NCBI GenBank assembly: GCA_030618315.1
Contig: JAUXDO010000001.1
Location: 1 to 43,841 of the forward strand
DNA length: 43,841 nucleotides
Reading direction: 5' to 3'
DNA from: Candidatus Peregrinibacteria bacterium
GTDB taxonomy: Bacteria > Patescibacteriota > Gracilibacteria > UM-FILTER-43-11
The first letter of the stretch is position 1. Each line of letters starts with the position of its first letter. The notes under the pieces are model-generated. The model did no database searches, was not told the origin of the DNA, and saw only the letters and a program-made list of their open reading frames with translations. The position numbers and the translations under genes were made by a program. This document shows positions 9,676-17,175 of this stretch, piece after piece.

Positions 9676-9704
9676 GTAGGGACGTTGCATTGCAACGTCC
9701 CTAC
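9676..9704. repeat. REP-like GC-rich palindrome GTAGGGACG...CGTCCCTAC, copy 2
   Basis: gtagggacgttgcattgcaacgtccctac is a perfect 14-bp stem. It lies in the divergent dnaX / dsbA-like gap. Confidence 0.8.
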
Positions 9705-9771
9705 AGTTGTTGGAGTTGATTTTTTTGTTTTCATCGGTAAGATAAATAATGACTTGTAACTCGATATCAAA

Positions 9772-10335
9772 ATGCAAAACTTTTTATACGTACTCTTATT
9801 AATTCCTGCTTTTCTCTTATCCGCCTGTAATACTGATGTAGACAGTTCACCGCTTACAATGGGTAGCGCTGATGCACCAGTTTTAATCGAGGAGTTTTCG
9901 GATGTTGAATGTCCGGCCTGCGCAGTAATAGGTCCAGAACTTGAAAGACTAGCTAAAGCAAATTCAGATATTGTCAGACTTGAATTTTATCATTTCCCCC
10001 TTTCATATCATAAGTTCGCATTTACTGGAGCTGAGGCTGTTGAATGTGCTGAAGATCAGGATAAAGGCTGGGAATATTTAGCTAAATTATTTAAAAATCA
10101 AAAATTGATTAATGATGACTTTTTCTATTCACTAGCCGAAACTCTTAATTTAAACAAATCTAAATTTATATCCTGCTTAGACAATCACGAGAAAAAAGAT
10201 AAGATCAGAATTCATCAGGCAGAAGGAAGAAGTCGATCTTTACCAGGTACCCCAACCATATATATCAATGGACAGTATGTTAAATGGGCTGGTTATGACC
10301 AAATTGATGCTTATATTAAAGGGCTGATTAATTAG
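9772..10335 (+). CDS. DsbA-family thiol:disulfide oxidoreductase, probable lipoprotein
   Basis: Lipobox-like LLSAC after a hydrophobic N-terminus. CPAC active site within a thioredoxin-like context, and a cis-Pro region GTPTIYING. Confidence 0.7.
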   Translation: MQNFLYVLLLIPAFLLSACNTDVDSSPLTMGSADAPVLIEEFSDVECPACAVIGPELERLAKANSDIVRLEFYHFPLSYHKFAFTGAEAVECAEDQDKGWEYLAKLFKNQKLINDDFFYSLAETLNLNKSKFISCLDNHEKKDKIRIHQAEGRSRSLPGTPTIYINGQYVKWAGYDQIDAYIKGLIN

Positions 10336-10413
10336 TTGTCTGAACTGTGATTCATTATAAACCCCCTAGCCTATATAGAATTCCTCAGCCTAATCTCGCA
10401 TTTGCACCCTTGT

Positions 10414-10622
10414 CAATCCCTATATAAAACCCCCTTCACCCCTTTATCCGTATAACCAATTCATTATCCCCCTTATCAGGGGGAGGGGTTAAGTAGTTAG
10501 TTCTATAAATAGGGATTTTACCTAGCATTTAGCATTAATCATCAATTACAGAATACTTCCCCCTGATAAGGGGGATAATAAATAAATGATTGAATGACAA
10601 AGGGGGTTTTATATAGGGATTG
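10414..10622. repeat. 209-nt inverted-repeat element with nested G5/C5 hairpins
   Basis: Outer 21 nt caatccctatataaaaccccc (10414-10434) is perfectly complementary to 10602-10622. Inner 21 nt attatcccccttatcaggggg (10463-10483) is perfectly complementary to 10559-10579. Each inner part is itself a hairpin (10468-10483, 10559-10574). Confidence 0.8.
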
Positions 10623-10635
10623 AAAAATCACAAAT

Positions 10636-12015
10636 CTATTTCTCCCTCGGTGGTTTTTCCTTATATTCCAATCTAATAGGTGTTCCAGTGTATTCAAACT
10701 TTTCCCTAATTCGGTTTTCAAGATATCTGCGATATGAGAAGTGGAACGCGTTCTTTTTATTAACAAAAATCACAAAGTGAGGCGGGTTTACCTCTGGCTG
10801 AGTAATGTAATAGATTTTTGGTTTTACAAATGTTTTACCCGTAGGTGCATGTTCCAGAATAAGTTTTTCTACAAAATTATTGAGCCTTGCTGTCGGTATT
10901 CTTTTATTTCGCTCCTTAATAATAATTTCGATTTGTTCAAATATATGATGAAGATTCTTTTTTGTTATTGCTGATGTAAAGACTACAGGTGACCATGAAA
11001 GGAATGGAAACTTGTGCTTTAATCTGCCGATATACATATCCTTTCTCTTTCGTTCTTCTGGTGCATCCTCGTCTTTGATATCCCATTTATTAGCTAAAAT
11101 CACAAGTCCTTTACCGGATTTTTGGATATAGCTTGAAATCTGCTGGTCCTGATGGCTAATCGGCTGACTGCTATCTAAAACCAGAAGTGCAATATCACAT
11201 CTTTCAATGGAAGCCATGGAACGTAGTGCGCTGAATCTTTCAATACCCATTTTAGTTTTTCCGGGACGTTTGAGACCTGCAGTATCAATAAAATTGTACC
11301 TCTTTCCCTTATGAAGAATTAATGAATCCGTACTGTCACGCGTAGTGCCGGGAATCTCAGAAACAATTAGTTTTTCTTTATTCAGCAAGGCGTTGATCAG
11401 GGATGTTTTACCGACATTAGGCCTTCCTACCATGGCGATATTTCTATGAGCCTGCTCGAGTTTTAATTCGTGTATGTATTCAGGGTCATTTTTTGTTATG
11501 AAATGCTGAAATTTTAACTGCTCTACTATTTGCCCAAGTAACATATCAATCCCCGTCCTGTGTAATGCAGACACCTGTATCGGCTCACCAATACCTAAAC
11601 CGTACAAATCAGCAAGCATTGAATCATCCAAAGCTAAATCGCATTTATTTGCTACGAGAAAAACAGGCTTTTTTCCCGCCTTCTTTCTTAACAGATCCGC
11701 AGCCTTAAAGTCTTCTCCAATAAGACCTTCTTTGCTATCTATTACAAGTACTATTAAATCAGCCTCTTCAATTGCGACTCTGGCTTGAAGCTGCATGTCA
11801 TTTTCAATGATAGTATCTCCTTTTCCGAATTCCAGACCACCCGTATCTACCATAAAAAAATCAAGCGTAGGATGTTCAACCTTGTAAAAAATTCTGTCAC
11901 GAGTTGTTCCGGATTCTTTCGCGGTAATTGCAATACGTGATCCGGCTATTTTATTAAACAATGTTGATTTACCTACATTTGGCCTCCCCACAATCGTAAC
12001 GATCGGTGTTTTCAT
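10636..12015 (-). CDS. der: Ribosome-associated GTPase Der/EngA (tandem GTPase domains plus KH-like C-terminus)
   Basis: Two G1 motifs (GRPNVGKST, GRPNVGKTS), two DTGG/DTAG and two NKCD/NKWD motifs. Confidence 0.95.
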   Translation of the reverse strand: MKTPIVTIVGRPNVGKSTLFNKIAGSRIAITAKESGTTRDRIFYKVEHPTLDFFMVDTGGLEFGKGDTIIENDMQLQARVAIEEADLIVLVIDSKEGLIGEDFKAADLLRKKAGKKPVFLVANKCDLALDDSMLADLYGLGIGEPIQVSALHRTGIDMLLGQIVEQLKFQHFITKNDPEYIHELKLEQAHRNIAMVGRPNVGKTSLINALLNKEKLIVSEIPGTTRDSTDSLILHKGKRYNFIDTAGLKRPGKTKMGIERFSALRSMASIERCDIALLVLDSSQPISHQDQQISSYIQKSGKGLVILANKWDIKDEDAPEERKRKDMYIGRLKHKFPFLSWSPVVFTSAITKKNLHHIFEQIEIIIKERNKRIPTARLNNFVEKLILEHAPTGKTFVKPKIYYITQPEVNPPHFVIFVNKKNAFHFSYRRYLENRIREKFEYTGTPIRLEYKEKPPREK

Positions 12016-12021
12016 ACTATA

Positions 12022-12088
12022 CGATTTATGATTTAGGATTTATGATTTACGACCTTAATCGTTAATCTTTAATCTTAAATCTTAATTA
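12022..12088. repeat. Heptad-periodic imperfect palindrome (gatttat/gatttag units vs ttaatc units)
   Basis: gatttat gatttag gatttat gatttac (12023-12050) is followed by cttaatc gttaatc tttaatc ttaaatc. The units are partly complementary (gattt/aaatc). It lies between rpsU and der. Confidence 0.55.
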
Positions 12089-12295
12089 GGAGCTATAGAA
12101 TTGTTCTTTTGCACGTTTACCACGATAGAAATCGCGTTTAACGGCAGATTGACGAACATAACGCTTTCTTGGCGATTGTTCATGAAAACGGTGCTGTTTG
12201 GCATTTAGTAATACGCGACTTCTTTGAACCGTTTTCTTAAAGCGGTTAATCAGACGTTCATTTGACTCGTTTTGCTTCTTTATTGCGAAAATCAT
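12086..12295 (-). CDS. rpsU: 30S ribosomal protein S21
   Basis: 69 aa, very basic, with the ERLINRFKK...RFHEQSPRKRY pattern typical of bS21. AAGGAG lies upstream. Confidence 0.85.
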   Translation of the reverse strand: MIFAIKKQNESNERLINRFKKTVQRSRVLLNAKQHRFHEQSPRKRYVRQSAVKRDFYRGKRAKEQFYSS

Positions 12296-12395
12296 TGTTA
12301 CTCCTTTTAGGTTTATTAATTAAGCTAACTATTTATATAGTAAAAGGCTTGTAAAGGCAAATGTTTTTTTAATTATTACTTTTGCAAGCCTTATT

Positions 12396-12586
12396 TTCCA
12401 AATCTCAAATCCTAAATTCCAAACAACTTCAATATTCAAATTTCAATAAACAAACCGTACCTCTGAATGTGCGAATAATTATTCGCACATTCAGAGGATG
12501 TAATTAATTATATATTCCGTATTACATTTGAATTTTGAATATTGTACTTTGGATTTTGTTTGGAATTTAGGATTTGAGATTTGGAA
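12396..12586. repeat. MITE-like nested palindrome: 31-bp perfect terminal inverted repeats around a perfect 38-nt palindrome
   Basis: 12396-12426 ttccaaatctcaaatcctaaattccaaacaa is the exact reverse complement of 12556-12586. The core 12460-12497 cctctgaatgtgcgaataattattcgcacattcagagg is a perfect palindrome. The arms are heptad periodic. Confidence 0.85.
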
Positions 12587-12662
12587 TTTTCAATTTAAGT
12601 TATGATTTTCAATTATTTTTATGCTAAAATTCAATGGATTTACAACCTAACTTAAATTGACT

Positions 12663-12962
12663 ATGGGATTCATGGATAAGGCCAAGGATATGTACAAATT
12701 GCAAAAACAGGCCAAACAAATTAAAAAGGAGCTAAAGAGTATACATGTTGAGGCTGAAAGCGACGGTGTAACTGTTATCTGTAATGGTGAACAGTACTTT
12801 TTAGAATGCAAGGTCGCTGAGGGAATTCTTGGCGATGAAAAAAGAATATGCAAAGGCTTTGTCGAAGCGGCAAATAAGGCTGTTAAAAAGTCACAGACCA
12901 TTGGCGCCGAGAAGATGAAGGATGTTATGGGAGGATTTGGGGGAATGTTTGGCGAGGCTTAA
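12663..12962 (+). CDS. ybaB: YbaB/EbfC-family nucleoid-associated protein
   Basis: About 100 aa with KLQKQAKQIKKEL... and a C-terminal GGMFG tail typical of YbaB. I prefer the ATG at 12663 over the track's TTG at 12657. Confidence 0.8.
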   Translation: MGFMDKAKDMYKLQKQAKQIKKELKSIHVEAESDGVTVICNGEQYFLECKVAEGILGDEKRICKGFVEAANKAVKKSQTIGAEKMKDVMGGFGGMFGEA

Positions 12963-12979
12963 GCCTCTGGAACCTTTAA

Positions 12980-12994
12980 TCCCGCTAAGCGGGA
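12980..12994. repeat. 15-nt palindrome TCCCGC-TAA-GCGGGA, copy
   Basis: The same 15-mer occurs at 13059-13073 and 35629-35643. A loop variant (TTA) occurs at 35458-35472. Confidence 0.85.
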
Positions 12995-13058
12995 CCAGTA
13001 CCTCCAAAATATCTGTTCTCACTCTTCTCTTCCTCGCCTAACTCCGCAAGCTTCCTTC

Positions 13059-13073
13059 TCCCGCTAAGCGGGA
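13059..13073. repeat. 15-nt palindrome TCCCGC-TAA-GCGGGA, copy
   Basis: Exact copy. The extended match ctcccgctaagcgggat is shared with the tRNA-Gly fragment at 35627-35644. Confidence 0.85.
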
Positions 13074-13140
13074 TCAGGGTCTTGCTACGTACTGGCCTCG
13101 GAAGTTCATCGTTCGGTTATTTTATATTGTTAGCAGTTAC

Positions 13141-14133
13141 ATGAAAAAATTTTTATACCTTCTAGTCATCATCGCGATTGCATTTATATTCTTTGGATAT
13201 CAATATTATTCAAATGCGATTTCGTATGCACGTAATCCGGAGGGTGATGCGAGAGTTGTTATTATGATTGAAAGCGGTGAAACTGCTGACGGTGTTGCGG
13301 AAATGCTTCTTGAAAAAGAAATGATTAAAAGCGGATATGTTTTTAAGCTGTACCTTAAACAAAAGGGGCTTGGCAGTGATATAAAGGCCGGCAGAGTTGT
13401 ACTTATGGAAAATTACACACTCCCTGAAGTAATCGATGCGCTTGTAGAAGGAGGAACGTCTGAATTACCTGTAACTCTTTTGGAGGGTTGGACAGTCGCA
13501 CAGATCGGAGAGTATTTAGAGGATGCGAATCTTACAACTGCTAAAGAATTTATTGAATGTACAGAAACTTGTGAATTTGATTTTGATTTTATTCCTGATG
13601 ATTATCTGGAAGGTTATTTATACCCGGATACATATTTTGTCTCGCTCGATTCCTTTTCCAATGAACGTTTGATATCACGATTAATCAACACATTTGAAAA
13701 CCGATTAGACGATGACGATTGGTCGGCCATTAATGAATCTGACAAAGATTTTGAGGATATTGTAATAATGGCATCCATTATCGAAAAGGAAGAACGTTCA
13801 CCTAGTGAGCGCTCGACTGTCGCCGGGATTTTATGGAATAGATTTGATGCCAATATGGGTCTTGGGGCAGATGCGACCGTTTTATATGCTCTTGGCAGAA
13901 CAAAAGGCGGTTTAAGTTACGAGGATTTACAAATAGATTCACCATACAATACCCGTAAATACCGTGGCCTCCCGCCTACGCCAATATGCAATCCAAGTAT
14001 TTCCAGTATTCGCGCCGCGCTTTACCCAAAAAGCACCGATTACTGGTATTACCTGCATGATTCAGATGGCGGTGTGCACTATGCTGAGACGCTGGATGGG
14101 CATAATGTGAATAAGGCGAAGTACATTAAATGA
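13141..14133 (+). CDS. mltG: Endolytic murein transglycosylase MltG (YceG-like)
   Basis: N-terminal TM helix, a YceG domain with ASIIEKE, and the LGADATVLYA and SPYNTRKYRGLPPTPICNP motifs. Confidence 0.9.
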   Translation: MKKFLYLLVIIAIAFIFFGYQYYSNAISYARNPEGDARVVIMIESGETADGVAEMLLEKEMIKSGYVFKLYLKQKGLGSDIKAGRVVLMENYTLPEVIDALVEGGTSELPVTLLEGWTVAQIGEYLEDANLTTAKEFIECTETCEFDFDFIPDDYLEGYLYPDTYFVSLDSFSNERLISRLINTFENRLDDDDWSAINESDKDFEDIVIMASIIEKEERSPSERSTVAGILWNRFDANMGLGADATVLYALGRTKGGLSYEDLQIDSPYNTRKYRGLPPTPICNPSISSIRAALYPKSTDYWYYLHDSDGGVHYAETLDGHNVNKAKYIK

Positions 14134-14142
14134 TTTACGAAT

Positions 14143-14193
14143 ATTCAATATTGATTTTATATTTTAGATTTAGATTTGAAATCAATATTGAAT
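14143..14193. terminator. Bidirectional hairpin between convergent mltG and the 83-aa ORF
   Basis: 15-bp perfect inverted repeat attcaatattgattt (14143-14157) / aaatcaatattgaat (14179-14193). The loop contains tagattt repeats. Confidence 0.6.
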
Positions 14194-14249
14194 TTCATAC
14201 ACGTCCTATATATCTTCTTTGATTGCACCATTACTTGGCTTTCGTTTTT

Positions 14250-14501
14250 TCAGCCTTTAGGAAATATTTCACGTATTTTCGCTCTAATTCTATCTGGTAT
14301 TTTTCCTAGTGATAGCTCCTCGCGTGACGTATTATCTCTCTTTTTCCCATGGCTATCATGTATATAAACCTTCTCGAATATAACTCTTCCAGTTTTTTTA
14401 TTATATAAATATCTGGTTCCTTCGGTTTCCTCTACCCAGCTACCACTTTCTTTTGTAGTTGTATTGTCTTCAATTATTATATAATCTTTATTGTTTCTCA
14501 T
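14250..14501 (-). CDS. Hypothetical small protein, 3 nt downstream of the FecR-domain gene
   Basis: 83-aa ORF tightly coupled to the upstream gene. I recognise no motif. Confidence 0.4.
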   Translation of the reverse strand: MRNNKDYIIIEDNTTTKESGSWVEETEGTRYLYNKKTGRVIFEKVYIHDSHGKKRDNTSREELSLGKIPDRIRAKIREIFPKG

Positions 14502-14504
14502 TGT

Positions 14505-16574
14505 TTATTCTTGATAAGTAATCACAATACTCACACTGTCTGCCCCATCACCTTTTATGGTAAATGTATTATCACCGGACGTTAATGCCACTGTTTTTCG
14601 CCATTTTTCACTTCCGGGGATGTAGTCAGATAATACTTCATCATTTATATAGACTTTGGTTGTCCATTTGCCAACGTCTCCACCGATTACTAATTGGTCC
14701 AGAGTCGTACTGTATGAACCGGTAGTGGATGGCATTGTGATGGTCGGATTTCCCGATGTTCCGCTTTCTACATCAATGGTAATTGTTGCTGTTCCAAGCA
14801 CCTTACCGTCTTCGTCAAAAGCTTTTACAGTGAATTCATTTGCTTCACCAATTTCAAGATTTCCGAAACTACTTTTTGCTGAATATCGATAAGTCGTGTC
14901 CCCTTCTTCGAACAGGCTAAGTTTATAATCGTTTACTTCGACTGTAACAGTTCCTACTGGTACTGCGCCTTTAATATCGAATTCTGTTTCGGATGTTGTG
15001 AAACTTTCACCGCCATTTGGGTCAGTAATCGTTACACCGCCTTCGGATGTGGATGCAGGAACGGGCTCTGGCTCGTCAGCCTCATCCGCCTCTTCCGTGG
15101 ACGCAGGATCCTGCGTCCCTACAGCGTCATCATCGGATTCGGATTCGTCTTCTGATTCGGTTTCTGCCTCATCTACGGTTTCCTGCTCCAGAACTAATGT
15201 AATCGTTGCCACGTCACTTACATTACCTGCTTTGTCTTCAGCGAATACTTCGTATTCATTTTCTCCAACTTCCAGATTTCCGTAGGCTGTTTTTGCGTAA
15301 TACGCAAATTTCTTACTTCCAGGTACGTATTTGCTTAGGCGATAGTCATTAACAATCACCACATATGTATCCTTGCTGACTGTACCCTCGATGATCTGTT
15401 CGATATCTTCAATTGTAACTGTCTCATCATTTACACCCGGATCAACTATTATAGGTGTTGCTGGCGGGGTTTTGTCGTAAGTTATTATGAACGAATCAAG
15501 TTCGGTTCTTACTCCTGATAAATCTTCAGCTTCAATTTTAAGTTCATTTTCCCCCTCTACTGCTAATGTTAATTTGCTGATTTTCCACTTATTCTTATCA
15601 AGATTACTGGCTTTTTTTCCGTGCACATAAACAGCTTGAACTTTTTCCGGATCATAAAGTCCTTCTATTGAAATAGTTGACGATGCAGTGGCACTATTTG
15701 GCGAAGGTTTTGTAATTGAAACCATTCTATCGGGATTGATTGTGATGTCATCATCATCTTCATCGTCCGTAGACGCAAGATCTTGCGTCTCTACGTCCTC
15801 TTCGTCTGATTCTTCGAATGCTGTAATTGCGCCATCTTTCTGCACATTCCACCTGTACCATGCGGATGTTTTGAATGAATCACTAAGAGCAAAAATAAGA
15901 TCCGGCTCAATACCCTGATTTATTTCAGCAATTATCTCGTCATCAATAACTAATTGCTGACCAACTCCTACATTTACTGTTTTTATAATCTCATCGTCAA
16001 ATTTAATGCTGACCTGAGCTGTCCCGTCTAACACATAAACTGTTCCCGGTGCCTCAACAGCAATATCTCCGCCTCTTGAATCAACAGCTAGTAAATCAGT
16101 TGAAATTGTAAATCTTGAATCCGGATTACTAATCCGTTCAATTTTTGTCCATACCTGACCATCGACCAGTGAAACTTCAATGACAATAGCTTCATTTTTC
16201 TTCTTTAACTGAATAAGATCGACTTGCGAATTGTTATCCACGCGAACAATACTTTGATCGGTAAAAGTAAGCGATACTCTGCCATCTGAACCTGTCTTTA
16301 GCTTTTCACCTTTATACAGATAAATGTTGTCAGGGGCATTATCCCAATCACTGCTTCCAACGGTCATTGCTTTTGCACTGCCGTTTTCGATGTTTAAAAA
16401 GACCTTTTCAGTAAAAGTATTTCTATTGTCATCAATAAAAACCTGATTAAGCGTACGCCATCCAAAAATTATTATTGCAATAATTACAACAATAATAAAA
16501 AAAGGCATAAAGTAATCGCGATTGCGTTTTCTTGGTGCTCGGTTTGGGTAATACATAGTAATATAATTTAGCAA
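14505..16574 (-). CDS. Membrane-anchored FecR-domain protein with Ig-like repeats and acidic linkers
   Basis: N-terminal TM helix. FecR-like segment (GSDGRVSLTFTDQSIVRVDNNSQVDL). Repeated roughly 90-aa beta-rich modules (..YVPGSKKFAYYAKT..GNLEVGENEYEV.A.D.AGN..). D/E/T-rich linkers. Confidence 0.6.
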   Translation of the reverse strand: MLNYITMYYPNRAPRKRNRDYFMPFFIIVVIIAIIIFGWRTLNQVFIDDNRNTFTEKVFLNIENGSAKAMTVGSSDWDNAPDNIYLYKGEKLKTGSDGRVSLTFTDQSIVRVDNNSQVDLIQLKKKNEAIVIEVSLVDGQVWTKIERISNPDSRFTISTDLLAVDSRGGDIAVEAPGTVYVLDGTAQVSIKFDDEIIKTVNVGVGQQLVIDDEIIAEINQGIEPDLIFALSDSFKTSAWYRWNVQKDGAITAFEESDEEDVETQDLASTDDEDDDDITINPDRMVSITKPSPNSATASSTISIEGLYDPEKVQAVYVHGKKASNLDKNKWKISKLTLAVEGENELKIEAEDLSGVRTELDSFIITYDKTPPATPIIVDPGVNDETVTIEDIEQIIEGTVSKDTYVVIVNDYRLSKYVPGSKKFAYYAKTAYGNLEVGENEYEVFAEDKAGNVSDVATITLVLEQETVDEAETESEDESESDDDAVGTQDPASTEEADEADEPEPVPASTSEGGVTITDPNGGESFTTSETEFDIKGAVPVGTVTVEVNDYKLSLFEEGDTTYRYSAKSSFGNLEIGEANEFTVKAFDEDGKVLGTATITIDVESGTSGNPTITMPSTTGSYSTTLDQLVIGGDVGKWTTKVYINDEVLSDYIPGSEKWRKTVALTSGDNTFTIKGDGADSVSIVITYQE

Positions 16575-16700
16575 TTAACATTTATCATTTATCATTTTTG
16601 TTTTTTGTTTTTTTGCTCACAAATTCTACTTTAGAGGTGTGTTTTTGTCAATTAATGAACGAGATGACGAGATGATTGGAGATACTACAATCCGCCAGAA

Positions 16701-16927
16701 CAATGACTCACCATCAATTCACCAAATCCATCAGCCTCTCTTTCTCATTGAAAAAGAGGCTTTCAGTAATTCAGTAAAACAATGTTTTGTAAAACTGCTT
16801 ACAGTATTTTCTGAATGCAGTTTTGCTGTATTGCTAAATTTGGACGCACTGATACCCCTCTTTTGCGTGGTAAGCAAGAGAGGGGTGGATTTGTATGAAT
16901 TGATTGGAATAACGGGGTGAGTCATTG
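16701..16927. other. 227-nt highly structured intergenic segment (long closing stem plus two internal hairpins)
   Basis: caatgactcacc (16701-16712) is perfectly complementary to 16916-16927, and the adjacent 20 nt pair imperfectly. Internal hairpins: agcctct/agaggct (16733-16761) and cccctcttttgc/gcaagagagggg (16855-16885). Confidence 0.6.
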
Positions 16928-17175
16928 TACGGTTTGAAATAATGTTCTACTACTTTCAAATTTCCCAATTTCGTATTTCCAACTTATCAGCTTTATAGTA
17001 TCTTTATTCCGCTATAATAACAAAAATTCAATAGGTTAAACACTTGAATTACTTGTAAAATTTCCGCAATGCTTCAATTTTATACAGTAATTCATCCTCA
17101 CTTTACTTCGTCCACCTTCGCTTAAAGCTATGGAGGACTGCGTTCCATTCGGAACGCGTTTACGCACTACTAGCT

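Noticed and set aside
10542-10766. 74-aa minus-strand ORF overlapping the der 3' end
   Set aside because: It lies within the right arm of the 10414-10622 palindromic element and overlaps der in another frame. It is most likely spurious.
16639-16925. Two overlapping ORFs on opposite strands (93 aa +, 64 aa -) in the secA upstream gap
   Set aside because: Mirror-image ORFs are the expected by-product of a long palindrome. Neither has an SD, and their sequences are low-complexity and unrecognisable.
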